NCBI GenBank assembly: GCA_001785445.1
Contig: MFTV01000016.1
Coordinates: 159,859 to 223,858, forward strand
Direction: 5' to 3'
From: Candidatus Nomurabacteria bacterium RIFCSPHIGHO2_02_40_30
Lineage (GTDB): Bacteria > Patescibacteriota > Minisyncoccia > Phycocordibacterales > UBA9973
Length of the DNA: 64,000 nucleotides
How positions within the stretch are numbered: the first letter of the stretch is position 1; the number at the start of each line of letters is the position of its first letter. The notes under the pieces are model-generated. The model saw nothing but the letters and a program-made list of their open reading frames with translations, was not told the origin of the DNA and did not search any database. This document shows positions 1-9,504 of the stretch, in pieces. The translations under genes and the position numbers were made by a program.

Positions 1-34
1 TGCCTTGGTACTCTTCGAGTAAATAAATTTAATT

Positions 35-110
35 GTCAGGAATAATTTTGTTTTCGTCAAAACAAAATTTTCACGACCCTACCTCGCCTGTTTTCTTTAC
101 TAAGAAAACA
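35..110. repeat. Structured intergenic element (two hairpins, one with a CGTC loop)
   Basis: aattttgtttt-cgtc-aaaacaaaatt (44-69) and tgttttctt-tact-aagaaaaca (89-110), downstream of the LysM/M23 gene. Confidence 0.5.
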
Positions 111-165
111 TAGCTGTGGCTCAAACTAAATTAGAAAAAACCCAAGCAGTTGGATTTTCTCTAAT

Positions 166-1338
166 TTAGTTTGCCCAGCTCCAGTCAGTACCCGGATTTT
201 TAGCGTTGAAAACTTCGAAGTGAATATGCGGGCCAGTGGAGCGTCCAGTGTTGCCAACGTAGCCGATGACTTGACCACGCATAACGTCCGCGCCACTCTT
301 AGTATTAAGTCTAGACATATGCGCATACAATGTTTTTGTGCCATTTGGATGTTCTACTATGGCCATATTGCCGTATCCGCCACCACATCTTTTCTGGCCA
401 ACCTTACACCCTGTCTTGACTACCAGCACTTTTCCGGAAGCAGAGGCGTAAATTTCTGTGCCTGTCGGCGCTCCGATGTCTATGCCTCTATGCCCTGGGC
501 CATGCAGACCCTGAGTTTTGTGCCCAGCAGGGGCGGGATTTACAAAGTATCCAATTAGGTTTTGTATTGGATGTGTCGCGTAGTAATTTCTATCTCTCGC
601 TGGAGCAGAATTCAAATTTGGCGCAGGTTTGTCGCCTCCTTCATCAAACATCTCGCCACCCGGAATCATAAGTTTGTCTCCGACGTCGAGTTTGTCGTCA
701 GGAGTTATGCCGTTATAAAAAGCAATGTCATTTACATCTGCTTTATAAAGCTTAGCGATATTTTTTAGTGTTTGCCCTTTGGTAACTGTGTGTTCGAGTC
801 CGGAAATAGGTAAAATGAAAAGCACGTCACCTTCGACGAGCTTTTCTCCTTTTTTCATATCGTTGGCCGCAAGAATAGTATTAACAGAAACGCCGAACAT
901 GTCGGCTATGGCAGAGATAGAGTCACCTTTTCTTACTACATACACACTTGTCTCTTCAAGATCAGGGTCTGGGGTATAGTCTCCATCCGAAGACCCCATT
1001 GGACCAGTTGCGGGCACGAGAGCATTGTCGGAAAGAATACTGACACTTGTGTCAGTATTCAGAGTATCTTTTTTGCTAGACTTCTCGTTCTTTTCTTGAA
1101 TTATTGAAACGGAGGAAACATTTGCCTGAAGAAGGGCTAGGGTTTGAGAATTTTGCTGAATGTTTTTGTTTGGTTGAGTAGTGGTGTTCGTATCACTTTG
1201 CGCATAAGCGTCATCGCCTATGAGCGCAGAAAAGAAACCTGCTTGTGCCGGCAGAGGTGATAACGACAAAAACAACGACCCCAACAATAGGGAAATGCCC
1301 AGAAAAGAATGGAATATTTGAGTTAAAGTTCTCATCAT
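166..1338 (-). CDS. Secreted LysM-domain M23-family peptidase (peptidoglycan endopeptidase)
   Basis: Signal peptide; two LysM repeats (YVVRKGDSISAIA, HTVTKGQTLKNIA); M23 motifs HRGID, YAHM, STGPHIHFEV. Confidence 0.92.
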   Translation of the reverse strand: MMRTLTQIFHSFLGISLLLGSLFLSLSPLPAQAGFFSALIGDDAYAQSDTNTTTQPNKNIQQNSQTLALLQANVSSVSIIQEKNEKSSKKDTLNTDTSVSILSDNALVPATGPMGSSDGDYTPDPDLEETSVYVVRKGDSISAIADMFGVSVNTILAANDMKKGEKLVEGDVLFILPISGLEHTVTKGQTLKNIAKLYKADVNDIAFYNGITPDDKLDVGDKLMIPGGEMFDEGGDKPAPNLNSAPARDRNYYATHPIQNLIGYFVNPAPAGHKTQGLHGPGHRGIDIGAPTGTEIYASASGKVLVVKTGCKVGQKRCGGGYGNMAIVEHPNGTKTLYAHMSRLNTKSGADVMRGQVIGYVGNTGRSTGPHIHFEVFNAKNPGTDWSWAN

Positions 1339-1463
1339 AGTACCTAGCGTCCCTGATTCCAGTCATCTCAAGCGGTATCTGCCATATAAAGGTACTTAGG
1401 TAGGATAGTCCAAAATAGGTCAAAAGTCAACTGGGTGGGGATAACCCTAAAAACATCCAAAAT

Positions 1464-1492
1464 TTGACAAAATAAGATAAATAGTGTATAGT
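1464..1492 (+). promoter_or_regulatory. Sigma70-type promoter for the gene at 1551
   Basis: TTGACA-N17-TATAGT. Confidence 0.55.
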
Positions 1493-1550
1493 AGGAGTAC
1501 ATTTAGTTAAAAATTAGAGTTAAAAATTAAAATCTATATAATATAAATAT

Positions 1551-2684
1551 ATGTCACTGATATTAGATGCATTGAGAAAAGCAAAAAAAATAGTAGAAGC
1601 TAAAGACAAGCCTGTTGAGAAAAAGGTAGGTGGACCAATGCGAATTAATTTAAGTAACGAAGCAGAAAAGAAAAGACAAGAAAATAGGTCTGCGCCCGTT
1701 GTTGTACCTGAAAAAGTTGTAACTCCTGGCAGTGAGAATCTTGCGCCGCCTGATGATAAAACAGATGAGATATCTGCAAGAGGAGAATCCACAAGAGAAA
1801 GAGTTAGGAAAAATATAGAAAGAATTAAAGAAGAAAGAGAAGTAAGAAGGATAAGAGAAAGACTGCTTAATAGAGCAGATGGCAACATTAAGACTCCTGT
1901 AAAAAATGAGCAATATGCAGTAGCACCAGACGATCAAAGTCAAGAGTTTCTTACGGAGGTAAGAGAAAACCTGAGGTTAAAGAGTAAGCCTTTCTTTTTG
2001 CGATGGTATTATAAGAAAAAGGATACACCAGAGAAACTTGAAGAAAAAATCACAAGTATACGTAAAGACAATGAAAGAATGAGGCAGGAAAGTAATGAAT
2101 TTGCAGACGGAGTTTTGGATGCTGTTAAAAGAGCTCCGAAAAATTTTTTTAACTCTGTTAAAACAGAGTGGAATGGAGGAAAAATTGTAGAATTGAACAA
2201 AAAATTAGTAAGATTAAAAAATAAAATAGAAAGACAAAATAAGAGTAAACATGGACATACTGCTGGATATGGTGTCGAGCATAATGTAAGGGGAGATGCA
2301 GATAGGAGACGAGAAGTTCAACATAGTAGAGAAATAAGTCCGTACGACAATGGGGATGAGTCAAGTAGAGAAAATGACGAAGAAATCAATAACGTTAATA
2401 ACATACAAAGTAGAGAATTGACTGAAGTGTATGAAAATAACTTGAGAAAAGTTCTTCCAGAAAATACATATATAATTTGGCAAAATATAAATGCCCAAGA
2501 TACTATTATGTTAAAAGAAAACGAAGTGTCAGAAGAATTTAAAAGCTTGTTTTTTTATTTGCAAAAACTTCATAAGATAACTGAAGTTCAACCAACTTCC
2601 ACTCAAACTGTTGAGGAGTATATAAAATTTACTTTGCAAAAAGCAGAGCGAATGGGAAGGTTAGATCAAGTAAAGTTGAACTAA
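1551..2684 (+). CDS. Hypothetical charged/coiled-coil protein
   Basis: 377-aa ORF, rich in E/K/R, no recognised motif. Confidence 0.7.
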   Translation: MSLILDALRKAKKIVEAKDKPVEKKVGGPMRINLSNEAEKKRQENRSAPVVVPEKVVTPGSENLAPPDDKTDEISARGESTRERVRKNIERIKEEREVRRIRERLLNRADGNIKTPVKNEQYAVAPDDQSQEFLTEVRENLRLKSKPFFLRWYYKKKDTPEKLEEKITSIRKDNERMRQESNEFADGVLDAVKRAPKNFFNSVKTEWNGGKIVELNKKLVRLKNKIERQNKSKHGHTAGYGVEHNVRGDADRRREVQHSREISPYDNGDESSRENDEEINNVNNIQSRELTEVYENNLRKVLPENTYIIWQNINAQDTIMLKENEVSEEFKSLFFYLQKLHKITEVQPTSTQTVEEYIKFTLQKAERMGRLDQVKLN

Positions 2685-2703
2685 TTTATGCTAGTATAAA
2701 TTG

Positions 2704-4740
2704 GTGGAAGACCACCTAAAGGAACTTAACAAAGAACAGAGGGAAGCGGCACTTCACATGAAAGGGCCGATTTTGATAGTGGCTGGCGCTGGAGCAGGGA
2801 AGACAAAAACTATCACGCACAGAATAGTGAATTTAATAAAAAACGGAGTTGCCCCTGAACGTATTTTGGCTGTAACTTTCACCAACAAAGCCGCCAAGGA
2901 AATGCGAGAACGCGTTATTGCCGAAATTGAAAAAAATGCCCAAATGACTCAAGAGCAAGACAATATTCCGTTTGTCAGCACTTTTCATTCGCTTGGAGTT
3001 TACATAATAAAAGAAAATGCGCGAATATTGGGGCTGACAAAATATTTTACAATTTTGGACGAGTCCGACTCTACTTCGCTCGTCAAAGAAGCGTTGAAAG
3101 AGATAGACATAGACCCCAAAATGTACGACCCCAAGAAAATAAAAAATATAATTAGCCGAGAAAAAGGAAAATTTATACACCTAGCCGACTATACAGAAAC
3201 AAACAGCAACAATACTTTGGGTAAAATAGTGGCGCAGGTTTGGAATTTATATGAAAAGAAAAAAGAAAAAGAAAATTCCTTGGATTTTGATGACTTGCTT
3301 TTAAAGGCGACAAAATTATTGAAAGATAACGCTGAAATTAGAAAAATATATCAGGAGAAATGGGAATATATACACATTGACGAGTATCAAGACACCAACG
3401 AAGTGCAATATTTGATGTCAAAATTGCTTTCGGAGAACAATAAAAACATCTGCGTGGTGGGAGATGCCGACCAAAACATATATTCGTGGCGGGGAGCAAA
3501 TTTGAAAAACATTTTAAGCTTTGAAAAAGATTATCCTGATGCGAAAATAGTTCTTTTAGAACAAAATTACCGTTCCACTCAAAATATTCTGGAAGCAGCC
3601 AATGTCGTCATCAAGAAAAATAAATACCGACCGGATAAAAATTTGTTTACCAAAAATAAAACCGGAGAAAAAATTTCTTTATACGAAGCACTCGATGAAA
3701 ACGACGAAGCAGACTTCGTCGCTACAAAAATTTTAGAAGTACTAGACAACGGAGTGGGCACTATTTTTGATAGGTCGCTGTCTGTGCGTGCTCGCACAGC
3801 GCTGCCTCTCGGCTCGTCAGCCTGCGAGACACCCCTCAAAAACACGCCCACTCCGTTGTCTGAAATAGCCATATTATATAGAGCCAATTTTCAGTCTAGG
3901 GCGCTGGAAGAAGCAATGCTCCGGTACAATATTTCATACCAAGTTTTAGGTGTGAAATTTTTTGAAAGAAAAGAAATTAAAGATACCTTGGCCTATCTGC
4001 GCGCTGCATTAAACAGAGACAGCCTTTCGGACGTAAAAAGAATCATAAATTTCCCTACACGGGGCATTGGCAAGGTCACCTTGGCTAAAATTTTTGCAAA
4101 TGACGTAGAAAGTCTGCCCATAAAAGTAAAAATCAAGGTTAATAACTTTTATAAAATTTTGGAAGACATAGGAGAAAAAATAAAAACTAGCAAAACCTCG
4201 GAAGTTATAAAGTTTGTGGTAAAAAAGTCCGGCATAGAAAGTGAATTATCAAATGGTACTGAAGAAGACATAGAAAGACTTGAAAATATAAAAGAACTAG
4301 CTACACTGGCGCTGAAGTATGATAATTTAGAAAATGGGGGAGGCGTAGAAAAGCTCTTGGAAGATGCGTCACTTGCAAGCGATCAAGACTCAATAATGAT
4401 TGAAGAGAAAAAAGAAACAAAAAACGCAGTTAAGCTTATGACGGTACACGCATCAAAGGGACTTGAATTTAAATATGTTTTTATCACTGGCCTTGAAGAC
4501 GGACTTTTCCCGCATCAGAAGCACAATGTGGAGGCAAGTGAAGATAGCGAAGAAGAACGTAGACTTTTCTATGTAGCGCTTACTCGCGCCAAAGAGAAGT
4601 TATTTCTATCATTTACAAATTTTCGCACCATCTTCGGTTCACGACAGATAAATGCGCCGTCGGAATTCGTTTCGGACATATCGGCAGGTTTATTAGAAAA
4701 AGAAGGGGAAAAAAATAAAATAAAAACTATCTATATATAA
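2704..4740 (+). CDS. pcrA: UvrD/PcrA ATP-dependent DNA helicase with an in-frame palindromic insertion
   Basis: AGAGAGKT, VTFTNKAA, DEYQD, VGDADQNIYSWRGA, NYRS, MTVHASKGLEF, EERRLFYVALTRA; start probably GTG 2704 (TTG 2701 possible). Confidence 0.95.
   Translation: MEDHLKELNKEQREAALHMKGPILIVAGAGAGKTKTITHRIVNLIKNGVAPERILAVTFTNKAAKEMRERVIAEIEKNAQMTQEQDNIPFVSTFHSLGVYIIKENARILGLTKYFTILDESDSTSLVKEALKEIDIDPKMYDPKKIKNIISREKGKFIHLADYTETNSNNTLGKIVAQVWNLYEKKKEKENSLDFDDLLLKATKLLKDNAEIRKIYQEKWEYIHIDEYQDTNEVQYLMSKLLSENNKNICVVGDADQNIYSWRGANLKNILSFEKDYPDAKIVLLEQNYRSTQNILEAANVVIKKNKYRPDKNLFTKNKTGEKISLYEALDENDEADFVATKILEVLDNGVGTIFDRSLSVRARTALPLGSSACETPLKNTPTPLSEIAILYRANFQSRALEEAMLRYNISYQVLGVKFFERKEIKDTLAYLRAALNRDSLSDVKRIINFPTRGIGKVTLAKIFANDVESLPIKVKIKVNNFYKILEDIGEKIKTSKTSEVIKFVVKKSGIESELSNGTEEDIERLENIKELATLALKYDNLENGGGVEKLLEDASLASDQDSIMIEEKKETKNAVKLMTVHASKGLEFKYVFITGLEDGLFPHQKHNVEASEDSEEERRLFYVALTRAKEKLFLSFTNFRTIFGSRQINAPSEFVSDISAGLLEKEGEKNKIKTIYI
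3744..3861 (-). repeat. Palindromic mini-element (family A-related) in frame within uvrD
   Basis: Perfect 16-bp terminal IR agacaacggagtgggc/gcccactccgttgtct; two internal hairpins; minus strand has aggggt...aggctgacgagccga, shared with the 25868 element. Confidence 0.88.
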
Positions 4741-4748
4741 GAAAATTT

Positions 4749-5597
4749 ATGAAAGCAAAAAAATCATTGGGACAGAATTTTTTGAAATCAGAGCCGGCTC
4801 TGCGAAAAATTGTTGAAGCAGGAGAAATAAAACCAGAGGACATAATTTTGGAAATAGGACCGGGGAAGGGTGCACTGACTAAAAAACTTTTGGAGAAGTG
4901 CAGGCATGTCATAGCTGTAGAAAAAGATTATGAACTTGTTTCTTTACTAAAAGAAAAATTCGCCGAACAGATAAAATCCAGCTCTCTTGTACTAGTGCAT
5001 GAGGACATACTGCAATTTAATATTGACGAAGCAGTTTTAACTTTTTCGAATGGTCTGGCCGGGAGAGGGACCCGGGAAACCGAGGACCTGAGAAAAAGTT
5101 CAAAACTGCGAAGTTATAAAATTATCGCCAACATTCCTTATAATATAACTGGAGCGATTTTGAAAAAATTTTTAACAGCAAAGAATCAGCCTACCACCAT
5201 GGTCTTAATGGTACAGCATGAAGTAGCTAAAAGAATAATGGCGTATGACGGCAAAGAGAGTCTCCTTTCACTTTCTGTCAAAATGTATGGTGAACCAAAA
5301 ATGGTCACGAAAGTTCCGGCGCGATATTTTTCTCCAAGCCCAAAGGTGGACTCGGCAGTAATTGCTATAAAAAATATTTCTAGAAAAATGTTTGAAGAAA
5401 ACAAAATTAATGAAGAAAATTTCTGGAAAATAGTGCATGCGGGTTTTGCCCACAAAAGAAAAAAGCTCTCTGGTAACTTAAAAAAGTTACAAATTTCGCA
5501 AGAACCGTTCTTGCGAAATTTAGGCAACAAAAGGGCGGAGGATTTGTCCCCAAAAGACTGGGTTGCTTTGGTGAAAAGTGCTATAATTAGGCCATAA
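4749..5597 (+). CDS. rsmA: 16S rRNA dimethyladenosine transferase with an in-frame palindromic insertion
   Basis: KKSLGQNFL, LEIGPGKGALT, IANIPYNIT, MVQHEVA, PKVDSAV. Confidence 0.95.
   Translation: MKAKKSLGQNFLKSEPALRKIVEAGEIKPEDIILEIGPGKGALTKKLLEKCRHVIAVEKDYELVSLLKEKFAEQIKSSSLVLVHEDILQFNIDEAVLTFSNGLAGRGTRETEDLRKSSKLRSYKIIANIPYNITGAILKKFLTAKNQPTTMVLMVQHEVAKRIMAYDGKESLLSLSVKMYGEPKMVTKVPARYFSPSPKVDSAVIAIKNISRKMFEENKINEENFWKIVHAGFAHKRKKLSGNLKKLQISQEPFLRNLGNKRAEDLSPKDWVALVKSAIIRP
5031..5109 (+). repeat. Palindromic mini-element (family B) in frame within rsmA
   Basis: IR gcagttttaactttttc/gaaaaagttcaaaactgc around core gaatggtctggc...ggaaaccgaggacctga, shared with 49896-49998. Confidence 0.88.
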
Positions 5598-5626
5598 TTA
5601 AATTAGATTGGTTAAAACACAAAAGG

Positions 5627-6517
5627 ATGCCTTGGATTGCTTTTGCAGTACTGTTTCTTTTGGCGCTTTTTTTCATAAAGAATAAATCTTCACTCCTAAA
5701 TAGCGTAAAAAATGAATCAACCACAGGGCTATCTTACGGCGATGCCATACTGGAAGACTTGGTAAATAAAGATACGGATCTAGATGGGGTATACGACTGG
5801 GAAGAGTCTCTTTGGGGGACTGACCCGACCAAAAAAGATACAGATGATGATGGGGTCTTAGACAACCTGGAAATAAAAGATTTATCGGCCCAGGGCGGAC
5901 TTGTCCCGGGAGGGCAGCAAGTAGAGCTTGGCAATGAAAAATTGACGGAAACGGACAAATTCTCCAGAGAGTTTTTTTCTATCGTTGCAACTCTCAATCA
6001 AAATGGACTGGTAGATCTGGCGACAGTGGACAAATTAGGTAGTTCCTTAGCTGACCGTATAAAAAATACCCTCCAGAGAAAAATGTTTTCTATTTCCGAC
6101 ATAAAAATAGCCTCAAGTGATACATTACAGGCTGTAAAAAACTACGACAACGCACTTACTAGTTTATATAAAAAATACCCCACTGGCAAAACAGTCATGG
6201 AAGTGTTGCAAAAATTTATGGTTGACGAGAACAATGTTGACGTGAATGTACTATCCGAGCTTGACCCTATAATAATTCGCATCCAAAAAATTATAACTGG
6301 GCTCTTGGAAATTAGTGTGCCGAAATCCCTCGCCTCCATCCATTTAGAGCTCGTAAATATCTTACAAAAGCTATCAGAAAATACGAGTGATATAAAACTT
6401 TATGAAAGTGATGTTATCGTAGCTTTGAGCGCCATCGGCCAGTATGAGGCGAATATCACTGCGCTGGAAACTACTTCAAATAAACTTGGTACTATAATTG
6501 AGCAAAAATTGAAGTAA
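5627..6517 (+). CDS. Membrane-anchored protein with DxDxDG Ca-binding (thrombospondin type-3-like) repeats
   Basis: N-terminal TM helix; DTDLDGVYDWEE..GTDP..KDTDDDG. Confidence 0.75.
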   Translation: MPWIAFAVLFLLALFFIKNKSSLLNSVKNESTTGLSYGDAILEDLVNKDTDLDGVYDWEESLWGTDPTKKDTDDDGVLDNLEIKDLSAQGGLVPGGQQVELGNEKLTETDKFSREFFSIVATLNQNGLVDLATVDKLGSSLADRIKNTLQRKMFSISDIKIASSDTLQAVKNYDNALTSLYKKYPTGKTVMEVLQKFMVDENNVDVNVLSELDPIIIRIQKIITGLLEISVPKSLASIHLELVNILQKLSENTSDIKLYESDVIVALSAIGQYEANITALETTSNKLGTIIEQKLK

Positions 6518-6551
6518 AGAGTAAAAAACTGTATAATAACCTATGTAAACA

Positions 6552-9503
6552 ATGAAAAAAAAGACAAGTCAAAAATTAATCTCCTTTCTCATAATTATCG
6601 CAATACTGATTCCAGCTGTTTTATTTTCTAGGCCGAAACAGGCAGAAGCGCAGACTGCTCTCGGTGGCCCTAGCTGGCTAGTTGATATATTTACAGGCGG
6701 AACACTTGGTGCCTCCGGAGTAAGCGCTGGGCAAGAAACTATTCAGACAGGTTTTAAAATCAAAGAGTTCGCCAAAGACATTCTAAAACAAATTATAATG
6801 ACAGTGCAAAAAAGGCTTTTGGCGGAGATGACCAAGAGCACCATAAACTGGATCAATACTGGTTTCCATGGATCACCACTTTTCGTAGAAAATCCGAAAT
6901 CTTTTTTCACGGACATTGTAAAGTCGGAGGTAAAAACCATTGTGGACCAAATAGGCTACGATGTACTCCACCAGCCTTTCGGTAAACAAATGGCTTTGAA
7001 TATTATCAATAGCTACAAAAGCACCCTACAAAGCAATTCCGAATACACATTGAGTAGAGTTATAAATGACCCCAGACTGCTTCAGAACTATAGAACCGAT
7101 TTTAATGTTGGCGGGTGGAACGGTTTTTTTATCAATAACCTATACCCGCAGAATAATTATCTGGGGTACAACATGATAATCAGGGAAAGCCTTGGCAGAA
7201 AAGTAGACAACCCGATAAATAATGAAATAAAAAAAGTACAGGACACTTTACAAAAAGGGATGGGGTTCTTGTCGCCAGAGACTTGTCCGGGCAACAGCGC
7301 CAATTCTCAAGCATACAATAAAGTTATTGGCAATGCCTGGCAACGACCTAGCTTTAAAACTCCAGCTATGTCAGACAGTGAAAAAAATGCACTCAATGCC
7401 TGTTATAACAACAGTATTGGAGCCGAATCTGAGGCAGAAGCATGTGTCCAACGTGTACACGACCAATACAATACCAGAGTTGGCGCGGCTAAAGCCACTT
7501 GGGCGAACACCAATACTTGCAAGGCTGGTTTGGTTACTACCACTCCCGGCTCGGTGGTGGCAAGCCAAATCACCAATGCCATGGGCTCTAATTTCAGGCA
7601 AACGGAACTTGGCGCCGCTCTTGGCAATAGCATGTCGGCAATTTTTGATGCATTGCTAACTAAATTCTTAGGAGACGGCTTGAATGCGTTGGCCAGCAAA
7701 GTAAATCCAGAACCGGAGCCAGATACTTGGGATTATGATGGTCATACTCTTGGTGGTCCGGGAGATAATAACAGAGATCCATTTAGTGGTCCAGATGAAG
7801 TTGTGGACTTAGGTGACTTCAAAGAAACTGTAGACAGAGGAATAGAGAACACAAATATGGAGCTTGAACTTATCTTCAACGACATTACTGCTCTCATAGA
7901 TCCAGGTACAGGTAAGATTTTAAATAACCCTGGAATTATGCAAATACTTGGTTTGATTTGGCCAGCCACACGAGAACTCGATATATGTTTACCAGGTCCA
8001 GATTTGGGATGGCAGGCGCGAACACTCAAAGAGCTCGAAAGAAATAGTGGAAAACTTAACCAAAAATCTACTGATGATGATCCTAAAGAAGCAGCCACAG
8101 CCAGACTAGTTCTTCGAGAACTGCAATTTGCTGTAGATTTCTTTGAAGACTGGATAAATAACAAAATGATGATAGAACTTCCTAATGCCATATTGTATAT
8201 GGACGCAGTGGATGCGCTAGAAACCTTATATCAACAATCAGATGAGCTGGTTGCCCAAAAAAGAGCAAAGGCTTCGGCTCTAGCAAGATTGCAGGCTATT
8301 AAGTCTGGCCTAGACGATTTTACGACACAGCCAGAACCCAACTCGGGTGGGGAAAAAGTTTTGATCAATTTGAAAAAGCAGTACAATGCCATAAGTGCTA
8401 CTGTTTCCAATACTGCCAGCTTGGATGATACGCGAAACGATTTATCTATTGCTAAAGAGAAATTTGAAAAGTTGAAACAATTGACAAAACAGTGCACCGC
8501 AGAAAGAACAAAAAAGGGTTGGGCTAACCCAGGCGGGCAGAGTTCGCTCAATAACTCCGGCACAGAAAGACAACTATTTTGTGATTATCCAGTTAGTGGC
8601 GGGTACACTCATGAGTCATTTATAGGTCCTGACTCAACAAGACCTAAATTGCCAATGGTAAATGGAAAAAAAGTATTTAAATTTGACAAGGCTTTTGGTA
8701 GCGGCACCACTGACATAGCCATGGACTGCAATTTTATATACAAAGCGAATGTCTTGGATTATAAAGGCACTATTCCCGGCTTGACCACTGCCGTAGATTC
8801 ATCTCCAGCGTCACCCTTAGGCACATGTTCGTATTTAAACTACGAAGACGAACCAAGGGTTGATGAGAGTGTGACAGAAAGTGCCTGCCTAGACAGGGGC
8901 GGGACGTGGGGAGGAGTAGGGAGCTCAACTACCACAACCACAACTACCCCCCCCGGTACTCCACCACCTCCACCCCCAACAATTATCGGAAGCTGTGGAA
9001 CATCAAACGGGCAAATTTTCTCTTCCGGTTCTCTTACGACGAATCTATGTAGCACCGGCACTCCTTCTTCTTTATTTGGCTCTGGACCTTGGACTTGGAA
9101 TTGTAACGGCAGTGGTGTTGGCGGTTACGGCGCTACTTGTTCTGCCAACTTAGCGCAAGTAGTTACTCCACCACCTCCACCTACAGCCGGACAAGTAGCT
9201 TTGTCGGCTTCTTCTAGCATTGGTCCATCTTTCTCTATGGGGTCTGTAACACTTACCGCGACCAATCCTGACTCCGGACAATTTTATTATTACTTCTTTT
9301 GCAATCGCTCGCAGACTGACTCTCCTCCGCCAGTGCCAAATGGTTTTATAAATTCTCCCCTGTTGATCAGCGAGAGCACATATGTCTCTCCGGTAAAATG
9401 TAGTTACCCTACCGCAGGGACTTACCGTCCGAAAGTGATTAGTTTGAAACTTGGCAATCCGTTAATATGGCGGCAGGGCTGGGCAACGATAACTGTGCAA
9501 TAA
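6552..9503 (+). CDS. Large secreted protein of the VirB4 locus with Cys-rich and PKD-like C-terminal modules
   Basis: Signal peptide (AEA-Q), helical core, Pro/Thr linkers, GSCGTSNG...WTWNCNG module, YYYFFCN...TAGTY module. Confidence 0.75.
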   Translation: MKKKTSQKLISFLIIIAILIPAVLFSRPKQAEAQTALGGPSWLVDIFTGGTLGASGVSAGQETIQTGFKIKEFAKDILKQIIMTVQKRLLAEMTKSTINWINTGFHGSPLFVENPKSFFTDIVKSEVKTIVDQIGYDVLHQPFGKQMALNIINSYKSTLQSNSEYTLSRVINDPRLLQNYRTDFNVGGWNGFFINNLYPQNNYLGYNMIIRESLGRKVDNPINNEIKKVQDTLQKGMGFLSPETCPGNSANSQAYNKVIGNAWQRPSFKTPAMSDSEKNALNACYNNSIGAESEAEACVQRVHDQYNTRVGAAKATWANTNTCKAGLVTTTPGSVVASQITNAMGSNFRQTELGAALGNSMSAIFDALLTKFLGDGLNALASKVNPEPEPDTWDYDGHTLGGPGDNNRDPFSGPDEVVDLGDFKETVDRGIENTNMELELIFNDITALIDPGTGKILNNPGIMQILGLIWPATRELDICLPGPDLGWQARTLKELERNSGKLNQKSTDDDPKEAATARLVLRELQFAVDFFEDWINNKMMIELPNAILYMDAVDALETLYQQSDELVAQKRAKASALARLQAIKSGLDDFTTQPEPNSGGEKVLINLKKQYNAISATVSNTASLDDTRNDLSIAKEKFEKLKQLTKQCTAERTKKGWANPGGQSSLNNSGTERQLFCDYPVSGGYTHESFIGPDSTRPKLPMVNGKKVFKFDKAFGSGTTDIAMDCNFIYKANVLDYKGTIPGLTTAVDSSPASPLGTCSYLNYEDEPRVDESVTESACLDRGGTWGGVGSSTTTTTTTPPGTPPPPPPTIIGSCGTSNGQIFSSGSLTTNLCSTGTPSSLFGSGPWTWNCNGSGVGGYGATCSANLAQVVTPPPPPTAGQVALSASSSIGPSFSMGSVTLTATNPDSGQFYYYFFCNRSQTDSPPPVPNGFINSPLLISESTYVSPVKCSYPTAGTYRPKVISLKLGNPLIWRQGWATITVQ

Positions 9504-9504
9504 A

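Noticed and set aside
1339-1396. Possible riboswitch upstream of the LysM/M23 gene (agtacct/aggtact stem next to the ATG)
   Set aside because: Only a 7-bp stem and no recognisable aptamer consensus.
3744-3861. Intein or self-splicing intron in uvrD
   Set aside because: Too short, with no intein terminal residues or intron core; the palindromic repeat explains it.
5884-5915. GC-rich patch (SAQGGLVPGG) as another coding repeat
   Set aside because: Too degenerate, with no convincing stem or second copy here.
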